From sequence record PP400788: a stretch of 64,000 nucleotides of DNA. One strand, given 5' to 3'. A program made the position numbers and the translations under genes. The notes beneath the pieces were generated by a model that worked only from the letters and a program-made list of their open reading frames with translations, ran no database searches and had not been told where the DNA came from. The stretch is from Escherichia phage FL33. Shown here piece by piece: positions 12,287-22,485 of the stretch; the stretch's first letter is position 1; every line of letters begins with the position of its first letter.

Positions 12287-12986
12287 TTAATTCTTCTACC
12301 TTTTTTCTAGTAATTCCTAAAGCTTTAGATGCTCGATGTATTGATTGATATTCTATACCGTTTATTTTTACAGCAATTAAGTTATGGGGTTTTAATCCCT
12401 TTGGATGAGGTTTACTGACGAAAACTAAATTATCAAGCTCTGAAATCTTATCCAATTTCTTACACTTAAATCCTTTGTGATGCGACCGTTTACCTTTACA
12501 AACGGCTGACATAGTAGACGGATTTAAATTATGCTCTTTACAAAATTCGTTAAGACCTCGATGAATTTCCTCATGACCATCCGGAAATGTAAACACCCAA
12601 GATGTTTGAAGTCGAGATTTAACTTCTGGAGACATAGGAATACCTTTGTTCCAAGCTGGTTTGCCTTTATTATTTTCAGATACAGAAATAGCCAATTTTC
12701 TTCTAAGCCACCCATGACGTTTATTGGTGTTCTTTCGTTCAATATTATCTTCAGAATAAACACACATCATATTAGCAGCAAATATCAATTTATGATTATC
12801 TGGATATATCTTTACTAATAATTGATGAGCTATGTAATGCTCTTCTGGTGTCAAATCTACCAGGTTTTCCTTTGTATCAGAACCACCAATACACAGAGGT
12901 ATAATATGGTGTGATTCGGTATAGCAATCTAATTTTCTGTTCTTAGCTTTAGAAATAAGGTTATTGTAAATTTTAGAATAATCCAT
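12276..12986 (-). CDS. HNH homing endonuclease (free-standing, MobE/I-HmuI-like) inserted in nrdA
   Basis: 236-aa ORF with own SD (AAGAGGAAAAGTT-ATG); HNH core ESHHIIPLCIGGSDTKENLVDLTPEEHYIAH; NUMOD-like GKPAWNKGIPMSPE; C-terminal helix-turn-helix-like INGIEYQSIHRASKALGI. Confidence 0.8.
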   Translation of the reverse strand: MDYSKIYNNLISKAKNRKLDCYTESHHIIPLCIGGSDTKENLVDLTPEEHYIAHQLLVKIYPDNHKLIFAANMMCVYSEDNIERKNTNKRHGWLRRKLAISVSENNKGKPAWNKGIPMSPEVKSRLQTSWVFTFPDGHEEIHRGLNEFCKEHNLNPSTMSAVCKGKRSHHKGFKCKKLDKISELDNLVFVSKPHPKGLKPHNLIAVKINGIEYQSIHRASKALGITRKKVEELNEY

Positions 12987-13031
12987 AACTTTTCCTCTTG
13001 TTATGGATTATTTATTAACGGTCTGTGTACT

Positions 13032-14465
13032 TTATTTGCTTTGAATTATACCGCCAGGATTAGCTTCATAAAACTTAGCTACATCCGACTTCTTAATTTT
13101 GATTAAACGGGTTTGTTGGCTATTCACATCATTTGTTGGAATAGCAATTTCACAGCACAAGTTACTCTGACGAATAGGTGCCTTTTCACGAATAAACGGA
13201 GTATAGTTATTCGTATTATCAATGAACTGCACATAAATCCTTGCTGTTCCTGAGCGTTCAGTCATGAGTAATTCAAATAGTTCACGGGCTTTAATACGCT
13301 TTTTACGAATATTAGGGTCTTTTTCTGCGGCTTCGTACAATTCACGGAAACGGTCTTGGTCTTTAAAATAAGAATAATAAAGCTCGCCACCCATTTCATG
13401 CGGACTGAACAAAGTAATGTAGTCGTTCTTTCCAAAACGTTCCATCATCAAATCATTCAGCTGGACGCCATAATCCATATGACGGATACGGTTTTCTTCT
13501 ACGCCTTTGTTATTTTTCAAAACGAGAAGATTTTCAACTTCCAAATGCCAAATAGGATAATAAGCAGTAGCAGCGCCGCCACGAATTCCGCCCTGTGAAC
13601 ATGATTTAACAGCAGTCTGAAAATGTTTCCAAAAAGGAATAACACCAGTATGACGCACTTCACCTGTGCCAATCTTAGAACCTTCGGCACGAATCATACC
13701 AACGTTAATACCAATTCCAGCGCGTTTGGAGATATATTCAACAATTGAAGCAGAAGCCTTATTGATAGACTTCAGCGAATCACCTGCTTCAATAACAACG
13801 CATGAACTAAATTGCCGAGTCGGAGTACGACAACCAGCCATAATAGGAGTTGGCAATGAAATCTGTCGAGTAGATACTGCTTCATAAAAACGAATAACAT
13901 GTTTTAATCTGTCAACAGGTTCATCTTGATGCAATGCCATTCCAATAGTCATAAATGCAAACTGTGGAGTTTCATAAATTTGACCAGTGGTTTTATCTTT
14001 AACGAGATATTTTTCTTTTAATTGCATCGCCCCGGAATAAGTAAATTCCATATCCCGCTCGTGCTTAATTTTTGATTCTAAAAATGTAATTTCTTCTGCA
14101 GAATATTTTGACAACAATTCAGGGTCATATTTACCTTCATTTACACAGTAAGAAATATGGTCAATAAATGAACGTGGTTCATACTGACCGTAAACATGCT
14201 TACGAAGAGCAAACATTAAACAGCGTGCAGCTACATATTGATAATCAGGCTCTTCAACTGAAATAGAATTCGCAGCAGCCTTAATTACAATGGTTTGAAT
14301 GTCATCAGTGGTCATTCCATCACGGAGATATGATTTAATATTTTCATATAATTCATAAGGATCTACAGATGTTCCTTCAGCTGCCCAAGATAAAACTTTA
14401 ATAATTTTTTGCGGGTCAAAGCTTTGAGAAACACCACTACTTTTGATAACATTAATTAATTGCAT
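13032..14465 (-). CDS. nrdA: ribonucleotide reductase large subunit, N-terminal piece (nrdA-a)
   Basis: 477-aa ORF; class Ia NrdA N-terminal region through active-site loop SNLCCEIAIPTNDVN, then about 29 non-RNR residues and stop. Confidence 0.8.
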   Translation of the reverse strand: MQLINVIKSSGVSQSFDPQKIIKVLSWAAEGTSVDPYELYENIKSYLRDGMTTDDIQTIVIKAAANSISVEEPDYQYVAARCLMFALRKHVYGQYEPRSFIDHISYCVNEGKYDPELLSKYSAEEITFLESKIKHERDMEFTYSGAMQLKEKYLVKDKTTGQIYETPQFAFMTIGMALHQDEPVDRLKHVIRFYEAVSTRQISLPTPIMAGCRTPTRQFSSCVVIEAGDSLKSINKASASIVEYISKRAGIGINVGMIRAEGSKIGTGEVRHTGVIPFWKHFQTAVKSCSQGGIRGGAATAYYPIWHLEVENLLVLKNNKGVEENRIRHMDYGVQLNDLMMERFGKNDYITLFSPHEMGGELYYSYFKDQDRFRELYEAAEKDPNIRKKRIKARELFELLMTERSGTARIYVQFIDNTNNYTPFIREKAPIRQSNLCCEIAIPTNDVNSQQTRLIKIKKSDVAKFYEANPGGIIQSK

Positions 14466-14782
14466 AAGTCCTCAACTTGAAAATCGTCTTTAAACAATCG
14501 GTTAACTATATGAGCTATTATATCACCATGACACGGCTTTGGTTTACATGTGCATCCTAGCCTCATTCCACGTAAAGGCTCTAAATGTGCTTTAGTTATT
14601 TCTCCGGATTTAATTCGACGTATAAAATCTTTTTTGAATAATTCAATGGCAGCCTCCCGGCTGCCAGCATCTTTACCGACGTAATTTCCCCAAAATGTAC
14701 CACGGTGAATATTAACATCAAAGTCGGATTTATATTTATTCACTACCTGGCATAGACGGCCCGCGCGGTGATAATTCGTCAT
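14456..14782 (-). CDS. hypothetical protein (td-nrdA interval)
   Basis: 108-aa ORF; Cys/His cluster [11 protein letters not shown]. Confidence 0.55.
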   Translation of the reverse strand: MTNYHRAGRLCQVVNKYKSDFDVNIHRGTFWGNYVGKDAGSREAAIELFKKDFIRRIKSGEITKAHLEPLRGMRLGCTCKPKPCHGDIIAHIVNRLFKDDFQVEDLCN

Positions 14783-14999
14783 ATTGTTTTTCCGTTAAAA
14801 CAGTAATATCATAGTAACAATCTGAAGAAGTTTTAACTGTAGAAATTTTATTATCAAAATACTCACGAGTCATTTTATGAGTATAATATTTTTTGCCATA
14901 AATGATAATAGGCTGATTTGGTCCTGGAACTTCTAACTCACTTGGGTTAGGAAGTGTAAAAAGAACTACACCAGAAGTATCTTTAAATCGTAAAATCAT
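14736..14999 (-). CDS. hypothetical protein (td-nrdA interval)
   Basis: 87-aa ORF. Confidence 0.5.
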   Translation of the reverse strand: MILRFKDTSGVVLFTLPNPSELEVPGPNQPIIIYGKKYYTHKMTREYFDNKISTVKTSSDCYYDITVLTEKQYDELSPRGPSMPGSE

Positions 15000-15022
15000 A
15001 TATCCTCACAATTAATAATTAA

Positions 15023-15334
15023 TTACACCGCCATTTTTCCTTTCAAGACGCCGTGGGACTGATAATCTTTGAGAACGAAATCTTTAGGCCTGAGTTTAAG
15101 AATGTATTCCAATTGTTCTTTAGTAGAAAGATAGCGGAATTTATAAGGCAATCCGCCTATTACCAGTTCACAAAGCTCTTTAGGTTCACGACGCAAAATT
15201 TCTTTACATTGTTCTACGTGATTCATATAGATATGAGTATTACCACCGGAAAATATCAAATCTCCCGGAATAAGATTACACATCTTAGCTACAATATGAA
15301 CTAACGTAGCATATGATGCAATATTAAATGGAAG
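15023..15334 (-). CDS. td: thymidylate synthase, exon 2
   Basis: Encodes C-terminal 103 aa (LPFNIASYATLVHIVAKMCNL...); 3' splice site after intron terminal G at 15335. Confidence 0.9.
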   Translation of the reverse strand, partial: LPFNIASYATLVHIVAKMCNLIPGDLIFSGGNTHIYMNHVEQCKEILRREPKELCELVIGGLPYKFRYLSTKEQLEYILKLRPKDFVLKDYQSHGVLKGKMAV

Positions 15335-16350
15335 CATTATGTTCAGATAAGGTCGTTAATCTTACCCCGGAATTATATCCAGCTGCATGTCACCATGCAG
15401 ATCAGACTATATCTCCAACTTGTTAAAGCAAGTTGTCTATCGTTTCGAGTCACTTGACCCTACTCCCCAAAGGGATAGTCGTTAGGCATTTATGTAGAAC
15501 CAATTCCATTTATCAGATTTTACACGATAAGTAACTAATCCAGACGAAATTTTAAAATGTCTAGCTGCATCTGCTGCACAATCAAAAATAACCCCATCAC
15601 ATGAAATCTTTTTAATATTACTAGGCTTTTTACCTTTCATCTTTTCTGATATTTTAGATTTAGTTATGTCTGAATGCTTATGATTAAAGAATGAATTATT
15701 TTCACCTGAACGATTTCTGCATTTACTACAAGTATAAGCAGAAGTTTGTATGCGAACACCGCACTTACAAAACTTATGGGTTTCTGGATTCCAACGCCCG
15801 TTTTTACTTCCGGGTTTACTGTAAAGAGCTTTCCGACCATCAGGTCCAAGTTTAAGCATCTTAGCTTTAACAGTTTCAGAACGTTTCTTAATAATTTCTT
15901 CTTTTAATGGATGCGTAGAACATGTATCACCAAACGTTGCATCAGCAATATTGTATCCATTAATTTTAGAATTAAGCTCTTTAATCCAAAAATTTTCTCG
16001 TTCAATAATCAAATCTTTCTCATATGGAATTTCTTCCAAAATAGAACATTCAAACACATTACCATGTTTGTTAAAAGACCTCTGAAGCTTTATAGAAGAA
16101 TGGCATCCTTTTTCTAAATCTTTAAAATGCCTCTTCCATCTCTTTTCAAAATCTTTAGCACTTCCTACATATACTTTATTGTTTAAAGTATTTTTAATCT
16201 GATAAATTCCGCTTTTCATAAATACCTCTTTAAATATAGAAGTATTTATTAAAGGGCAGTCCTACAATTTAGCACGGGATTGTCTACTAGAGAGGTTCCC
16301 CGTTTAGATAGATTACAAGTATAAGTCACCTTATACTCAGGCCTCAATTA
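15335..16350 (-). mobile_element. td group I self-splicing intron (1016 nt) carrying I-TevI
   Basis: Intron 5' end reads UAAUUGAGGCCUGAGUAUAAGGUGACUUAUACUUGUAAUCUAUCUAAACGGGGAACCUCUCUAGUAGACAAUCCCGUGCUAAAUUGUAGGACU on the minus strand, matching the remembered T4 td intron; exon 1 ends GGU; intron ends AAUG. Confidence 0.9.
15482..16219 (-). CDS. I-TevI: I-TevI GIY-YIG homing endonuclease (intron-encoded)
   Basis: 245-aa ORF MKSGIYQIKNTLNNKVYVGSAKDFEKRWKRHFKDLEKG... with GIY-YIG motif and C-terminal zinc finger/DNA-binding region. Confidence 0.92.
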   Translation of the reverse strand: MKSGIYQIKNTLNNKVYVGSAKDFEKRWKRHFKDLEKGCHSSIKLQRSFNKHGNVFECSILEEIPYEKDLIIERENFWIKELNSKINGYNIADATFGDTCSTHPLKEEIIKKRSETVKAKMLKLGPDGRKALYSKPGSKNGRWNPETHKFCKCGVRIQTSAYTCSKCRNRSGENNSFFNHKHSDITKSKISEKMKGKKPSNIKKISCDGVIFDCAADAARHFKISSGLVTYRVKSDKWNWFYINA

Positions 16351-16899
16351 ACCCAAGAAAACATCTACTGATCGTTGATACCACTGCAAATCCAAATAGC
16401 CATTACGCACATTAAACTGATAGAACATATGACAAGGCGGTAATGCCATCTGCTTGAGTTCAGCTGGATTCCATGCTGAAACAATTTGACGCCTATCATT
16501 TGGCAATTTTTTAATACGATCAATAACTTCTATAATTTGGTCTACACCACCAAAATCACGCCACTGTTTTCCATAAATTGGACCAAGTTCACCGCTATGG
16601 TATCCTAAATCTTTTGCTTGATTTTCGTAATTTTCATCCCAAACTGTTTTGCCTTGGATTAACGAATCATGTTGAATTAATCGCAAATCATTTACGTTAG
16701 TACTTCCTGACAAAAACCATATTAGCTCAGCAATACAAGCTTTCCAGGCGAGCTTCTTAGTCGTTACTGCAGGAAAACCTTTAGTTAAATCCCAGCGTAA
16801 TTTAGTACCGAACAAAGCAATTGTTCCTGTGCCTGTTCGGTCATCGGTTTCATAGCCATTTTCAAAAATGTCTTTAATTAAATCTTGGTATTGTTTCAT
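16351..16899 (-). CDS. td: thymidylate synthase, exon 1
   Basis: 183 aa; TS motifs (TKKLAWKACIAELIWFLSG, PPCHMFYQF active-site Cys); reading frame hits an in-frame stop at the first intron codon. Confidence 0.9.
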
Positions 16900-16944
16900 T
16901 TAGTACCTTATATAAATTATAATACATTTTATGAAGCTAAATAA

Positions 16945-17295
16945 TCAATACGGTTTAGCATCAAATTTTCTTTCAATTTCAGGCGTGAAATACAATTCTT
17001 TACCGCGTTTGGAAAAGCGACCAATAATATGATAATTATTCTCATCAAACGTAATATTGCCAATATCCATAGCTTTCAACCAAATATCGATATTTCTATC
17101 CAGTTTTATATCAAAATTCCAATACGGAGAACTATTACCGAAAATACTGCAAGCGGATTCAGTGCAATAACTGCTGCTATAAATCTTGTCTTTGGGAACT
17201 ACTAATTGATAGACGCCTTTGATAAACTGAGGACCCTGCCATTTTGGTTGTTTCGCGTCTTTTTCTAATAGAATAGGATAATAATTAAAGTTCAT
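16945..17295 (-). CDS. hypothetical protein inserted between frd and td
   Basis: ORF of 120 aa from a GTG, or 116 aa from ATG 17295 (MNFNYYPILLEKD...); no family recognised. Confidence 0.55.
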   Translation of the reverse strand: MNFNYYPILLEKDAKQPKWQGPQFIKGVYQLVVPKDKIYSSSYCTESACSIFGNSSPYWNFDIKLDRNIDIWLKAMDIGNITFDENNYHIIGRFSKRGKELYFTPEIERKFDAKPY

Positions 17296-17315
17296 ATTTT
17301 CCGCCACGCGTTATT

Positions 17316-18145
<830 letters not shown>

Positions 18146-18155
18146 ATTATTTTCC

Positions 18156-18398
18156 TTAAACAGACTTTTTCACAATTTTCCAATCAGCTTTAAACTGTTC
18201 AACGTCAGAGTGGTAAATCCAGAATCCTGCGCTTTCTCCATCCTCATAAAGAGGGCATCCATCGCATTCATCTTCCCATCCCATGTCACGTAAAAGATGT
18301 TCAGCTTTTTCAACAAGTTCAGAATCTTTACCTATGATATTAAAATACCATTTACCTCTAACTTCTGAATCTTTAATGCTCTGGCGTTGTAATCTCAT
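18156..18398 (-). CDS. hypothetical protein (32-frd interval)
   Basis: 80-aa ORF. Confidence 0.55.
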   Translation of the reverse strand: MRLQRQSIKDSEVRGKWYFNIIGKDSELVEKAEHLLRDMGWEDECDGCPLYEDGESAGFWIYHSDVEQFKADWKIVKKSV

Positions 18399-18423
18399 TT
18401 TATTCTCCTTAGTTGATAGGGTA

Positions 18424-18453
18424 ATAGTATCACACTACTACCCTACTGTAAAC
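18424..18453 (-). promoter_or_regulatory. T4-type early promoter
   Basis: GTTTAC ... TACTAT on minus strand. Confidence 0.55.
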
Positions 18454-18833
18454 TACTTTTTGAAAGTTTTTCGCAAAAGTTCAATGATTTCATCTACATT
18501 GTTTTCGTCTACAATGCAGTGAATTTTTGTTACGCCAGAAATCTTGTCTTCGACTTCATCTTCTTCAGAAGTCGGTTCTTTATACTCACGAAAACAATGA
18601 AATTCGTCTTCACAAATTTCTAAAAGTCTATCTTTGAGGTAAAAATGCTTTCCATTTGCGCATTCAATGTGTTTTACTGCTTTATATCCATTAGCGACAG
18701 AAACTTCTTTAACTTCAAACCATCCGCCATTATCTCGAATAGCTTTAACTATTGATGAATTAGAACGTGGGCTATAATTAATAAATGTATCAATAAGTCT
18801 TGGAACAAGTTCATACTTTCTACCAGTATACAT
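18453..18833 (-). CDS. hypothetical protein (32-frd interval)
   Basis: 126-aa ORF downstream of CUUCGG-like hairpin. Confidence 0.55.
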   Translation of the reverse strand: MYTGRKYELVPRLIDTFINYSPRSNSSIVKAIRDNGGWFEVKEVSVANGYKAVKHIECANGKHFYLKDRLLEICEDEFHCFREYKEPTSEEDEVEDKISGVTKIHCIVDENNVDEIIELLRKTFKK

Positions 18834-18877
18834 TGTGTTTTCCTCATTTTAACGGGGCTGTAATAGCCCCTTGATAA

Positions 18878-19108
18878 TTATTGTTCAATCAGTCCCATAT
18901 AAAATTCTGCATCTTCAGAATCCATGCCATCACAATATTCATTAGCCATAAAGCGGGTGAGGTCTTCAAGAGGACCTTCAATGACAATAGAAAAATTGCA
19001 ATAATTGGGATCATCATGAATACTTGTGATACTAAGTTCAGGATAACGATTACGAATAATTTCTTCAATATATTCAAAATCAACGATGTCAATATCAACT
19101 TTAGCCAT
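18878..19108 (-). CDS. hypothetical acidic protein
   Basis: 76-aa ORF downstream of early promoter 19153-19182. Confidence 0.5.
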   Translation of the reverse strand: MAKVDIDIVDFEYIEEIIRNRYPELSITSIHDDPNYCNFSIVIEGPLEDLTRFMANEYCDGMDSEDAEFYMGLIEQ

Positions 19109-19152
19109 ATTATTTTCCTCTTTTAATCATCAGCAGTATTGCCGATAGTTGT

Positions 19153-19182
19153 ATAGTACCATGGAATGACAAGAATGTAAAC
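19153..19182 (-). promoter_or_regulatory. T4-type early promoter
   Basis: GTTTAC ... TGnTACTAT; shares a 25-nt near-identical block (GTAGTTGATAGTTGTATAGTACCAC family) with promoters at 35773, 38902 and 39405. Confidence 0.6.
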
Positions 19183-19205
19183 TGTTTTGTGAAAAAATTT
19201 TAAAA

Positions 19206-19234
19206 TAAAAAAGGGGACCTCTAGGGTCCCCAAT
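19206..19234 (-). terminator. intrinsic terminator after gene 32
   Basis: Minus strand GGGGACC-CUAGA-GGUCCCC followed by UUUUUUAUUUUA. Confidence 0.7.
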
Positions 19235-19253
19235 TAATTAGTAATATAATCTA

Positions 19254-20162
19254 TTAAAGGTCATTCAAAAGGTCATCCAGGTCCGTGTCATCAGCACCAG
19301 ATGAACTGCCAGAGCTTGAGCTCATAAAATCATCTTCAGTTTTTGTTTTGAAGTCATCAACATTGAATGCATCCAAATCATCAGCAACTTTATCAGCTTT
19401 CTTAGCGGCAGTTGCTGCGGCACCGCCCATAGCAGCAGTTCCCATAACTTGACTGAACTTAGTGCTCAGTTCTTCAAACGATTTGAATTTATCTTTAGAA
19501 GTCATTTCAGAAAGGTCAACCATTTGTTCGAACAGTTCTTTCTGGAAAGATTCATCATCAATGTTTGGAATCGCAGATTGATTCAGGAATTTAGATTCGT
19601 CGTAGTTACTAAAACCAGAAACTTGTTTAACTTTCAGTACAAAGTTAGCACCTTCCCACGGACAAGTTACATCAACCGGAGTTTCACCCATTTCAACATC
19701 AACTGCAATCATTGCATTGATTTTATCCCAGATTTTCTTACCGAAACGGTATTTAAATACTTTACCTTCATTTTCTGGAGCAGCTGGGTCTTTTACTACA
19801 AGAATGTTAGCCCAGTAAGAAGTTTTACGTTTAACAAGACCGTACTCTTTATTGTCAGTGTTATACAAATCATTTTTACTGATGTACTGACATACTGGAC
19901 AAGAATCGTAATCACCGTGGGTAGATGAACAGTTTTCAATATACCATTTACCATTTTTCTTGAAACCGTGATTTACAAGAATTGCGAATGGTGCTTGTTC
20001 ATCATTTTTAGACGGAAGAAAACGAATTACTGCTTGACCGTTACCCGCATTATCGAGTTTCAGTTTCCACTCGCCTTTATCTTCAGAAGAAAAACCACCT
20101 TTATTTCCAGCCAGTTTAGCCATTTGTGCAGCGAGTTCAGCAGTAGATTTACGTTTAAACAT
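19254..20162 (-). CDS. 32: gp32 single-stranded DNA-binding protein
   Basis: 301-aa ORF; zinc-binding [10 protein letters not shown]; acidic Ser/Asp-rich C-terminus; preceded by the gene 32 leader. Confidence 0.93.
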   Translation of the reverse strand: MFKRKSTAELAAQMAKLAGNKGGFSSEDKGEWKLKLDNAGNGQAVIRFLPSKNDEQAPFAILVNHGFKKNGKWYIENCSSTHGDYDSCPVCQYISKNDLYNTDNKEYGLVKRKTSYWANILVVKDPAAPENEGKVFKYRFGKKIWDKINAMIAVDVEMGETPVDVTCPWEGANFVLKVKQVSGFSNYDESKFLNQSAIPNIDDESFQKELFEQMVDLSEMTSKDKFKSFEELSTKFSQVMGTAAMGGAAATAAKKADKVADDLDAFNVDDFKTKTEDDFMSSSSGSSSGADDTDLDDLLNDL

Positions 20163-20232
20163 TTTTATTTCCTTTTTAATTTAATTAACAGTTGGTGCTA
20201 TGACGATGTATGACCTCATAGCTGGTCAGTGA
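20163..20232 (-). promoter_or_regulatory. gene 32 mRNA leader: A/U-rich translational operator plus upstream RNA pseudoknot
   Basis: Minus strand reads ...CUGACCAGCUAUGAGGUCAUACAUCGUCAUAGCACCAACUGUUAAUUAAAUUAAAAAGGAAAUAAAAAUG, the classic gp32 autoregulatory element. Confidence 0.75.
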
Positions 20233-20244
20233 GATAATTATAAT

Positions 20245-20252
20245 CTATTTAT
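20245..20252 (-). promoter_or_regulatory. late promoter TATAAATA upstream of gene 32
   Basis: Exact TATAAATA on minus strand about 85 nt upstream of the 32 start. Confidence 0.6.
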
Positions 20253-20261
20253 AATAAGCAA

Positions 20262-20915
20262 TTAATACTTACAGGATTTCACAGTTTCAATGAAAACATT
20301 TTTAGCTTTCTGTGAATCAATATTTAAAATTTTTCTATAAGCTTTTAACTTTATAGAATAATTATTCCAGACTAAATTATCAGTCTGTTCATCATGTTTA
20401 TCAATTATATTTAAAAACGAATCAAGCAAGATAAACGTCTCAAACGAAATTATATTCGATTGAAGTAGTTTAAAAATATAACTTGATTGAACTTTTGGAT
20501 TATATTCAAAGATTTCTTTAAAAGCAGAAACTTCAACTTTTTTACTAAAATAGTAAATATTGCGAATATCTTCTTCAAATTTAAATTTAACTTGCTTTAA
20601 GCGACCGATATATTCACGATAAAATACTAATGCATCAGCGTCAGAGATATCACCAATCCAAGCATCTTGGTTAGCTACAAGATTGCTAATAAAAATTAAA
20701 GTCAATTCTTTTAATTTATACTTTTCTGATAGCTTTTGGAAAAAATACTTATCCCTTCGCTTTTGATAAGCGGCATCAGACACCCGCATGCACCAATTGT
20801 ACTTAATAACATCATATTTTCCATTCATATGTTGTTTTATCATTAAGTATAATTTATAAACTGATTTACCATCAATATATCTTTCACCACCAGCAGGCAT
20901 GCGGAGTTTAATCAT
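20262..20915 (-). CDS. 59: gp59 helicase-loading protein
   Basis: 217-aa ORF MIKLRMPAGGERYIDGKSVYKLYLMIKQHMNGKYD...; T4 gp59 is 217 aa. Confidence 0.88.
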   Translation of the reverse strand: MIKLRMPAGGERYIDGKSVYKLYLMIKQHMNGKYDVIKYNWCMRVSDAAYQKRRDKYFFQKLSEKYKLKELTLIFISNLVANQDAWIGDISDADALVFYREYIGRLKQVKFKFEEDIRNIYYFSKKVEVSAFKEIFEYNPKVQSSYIFKLLQSNIISFETFILLDSFLNIIDKHDEQTDNLVWNNYSIKLKAYRKILNIDSQKAKNVFIETVKSCKY

Positions 20916-21259
20916 AGCAGAAAGTCTAACGTATTCGTTTTTTCACATCTAACAACAGAAGGGCGTAAAAGATTTTCGTCAATAGCTTCTGACTGAATTT
21001 TTTCAATTATACCCGAAGGAATAAATTTAGCAAATTGAGTTTCAGGAATAGAGTTTTCTTCCAAGAATGCTGTCGTAGCTTCAAGATAACTCATTCCAAA
21101 TTCTTCTACCATTTTTTCAATAATAAATCCATTTTCTTGGCGGTCAAGAAGCTTTGCAATTTCATCCTTTTCTTTCTTAATTGAAAGTTCTTTTTCTGAA
21201 AGCCCGGCCTCATCGACCGGGCGAATATCATTTAGAGAAAACTGTGTCATAAAGTTCAA
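20912..21259 (-). CDS. 33: gp33 late-transcription co-activator
   Basis: 115-aa ORF (112 aa if start is ATG 21250); position between dsbA and 59. Confidence 0.75.
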   Translation of the reverse strand: MNFMTQFSLNDIRPVDEAGLSEKELSIKKEKDEIAKLLDRQENGFIIEKMVEEFGMSYLEATTAFLEENSIPETQFAKFIPSGIIEKIQSEAIDENLLRPSVVRCEKTNTLDFLL

Positions 21260-21497
21260 CTACCTCTTCAGTTTCAGCTTCAAACACATCACGGTTATCT
21301 TTATGATATAGAGCCAAAAGACGATTAAACATCTTACCATCAACACCAAGTTCATCTTTGGCACGAATTCGAATATCTTTAATCAATTCATTATAACCAG
21401 AAATTTTCAGTTTATGATCAGATGCTTCTTTAATAAATTTAGCCAAATCTTCGCCATGGATAGCTTCATCAAATTCAACCATTTCTTTTTTAGCCAT
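21228..21497 (-). CDS. dsbA: DsbA double-stranded DNA-binding protein
   Basis: 89-aa ORF between rnh and 33; T4 DsbA is 89 aa. Confidence 0.75.
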   Translation of the reverse strand: MAKKEMVEFDEAIHGEDLAKFIKEASDHKLKISGYNELIKDIRIRAKDELGVDGKMFNRLLALYHKDNRDVFEAETEEVVELYDTVFSK

Positions 21498-21505
21498 TAT
21501 TCACC

Positions 21506-22423
21506 TCAAAATTCATTAATGCTATTAGTTAATTTAGAAAGACCCGCTTTTACAAAATATGAATAAATTTTGCCACGCGGTGGTAATTTATATGAATTAT
21601 AGTAATTCACAATGTTTGAAGCAATATTATCAGGAATATAATCAAAATCAATTAGAACTAAATTTTCTTTATAACGATTATATTCAGATTCTGTAAGAAG
21701 CACCTTAGCTTGCTCACGGTCATTAGCAATAGCTTCAACTATTGAAGTTTTCATTGAAGGAGTTCGTTCACCTTCAACTTTGGTAAACCAAAAGTCAGAT
21801 CGTACTTTAACTGAAGCAACGTTATCCTTTTTGTCGCCTTTAAGGATTTTAGTCATACAATCAATTTCAGCAGAACCGCTTTTAATTTTAACCCATTTCT
21901 TATGCATCGGCGACCATTGCTTAACATTTGGGTATTTGTGAAGCTGTGTAAAGTCACCATCCGATGAAATGATTAAAATCTTATGTCCTTCTAAAGAGAA
22001 CTTTTTAACAAGAACAGCAATATGGTCATCTGCTTCATACTTATCAATATCCATAACAATGTATGGCATATAAGCTTTCAATTCATCTATAACTTTATGG
22101 CTGGATTCAAAATAACCTTCCCAGTCCCAAGTAGATTCTTCTCGTGCTTTTCCACGGTTTTTCTTATAGTAATAAGCAAAATCACGACGCCAGTATCCAG
22201 ATTTCGCGTTATCGATACACAGTACAATTTTAGTGTATCCAAACGTTTTTGCTTTTTTGACATTAAACTTAATTGAGTTCAATATCAAATGACGAACCAT
22301 TGATAAATTAATTTTTTCTTTATCTGGGAAGTTTACTAAAGCAGTTGAAAGCGCAATTTGACTAAAGTCAATAAAGCAAATTCCTTCTTTGTAATCTTCA
22401 TCCAACATCATTTCTAAATCCAT
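21506..22423 (-). CDS. rnh: RNase H (FEN-1/5'-3' exonuclease family)
   Basis: 305 aa from ATG 22423 (MDLEMMLDEDYKEGIC...); conserved acidic clusters of flap endonucleases. Confidence 0.88.
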   Translation of the reverse strand: MDLEMMLDEDYKEGICFIDFSQIALSTALVNFPDKEKINLSMVRHLILNSIKFNVKKAKTFGYTKIVLCIDNAKSGYWRRDFAYYYKKNRGKAREESTWDWEGYFESSHKVIDELKAYMPYIVMDIDKYEADDHIAVLVKKFSLEGHKILIISSDGDFTQLHKYPNVKQWSPMHKKWVKIKSGSAEIDCMTKILKGDKKDNVASVKVRSDFWFTKVEGERTPSMKTSIVEAIANDREQAKVLLTESEYNRYKENLVLIDFDYIPDNIASNIVNYYNSYKLPPRGKIYSYFVKAGLSKLTNSINEF

Positions 22424-22485
22424 ATGAACCTCGTTCAATTAGTGAGATTTCTATTATATACCATCCAAATCTTAAAGTAAACAAG

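Noticed and set aside
12218-13121. Group I intron (with HNH ORF) interrupting nrdA, by analogy with the td intron
   Set aside because: An in-frame exon junction would need the intron to end in U, not the obligatory G; too little non-ORF sequence for a P3-P9 core; the downstream piece has its own ATG overlapping the HNH stop. Kept as an alternative to be tested, not called.
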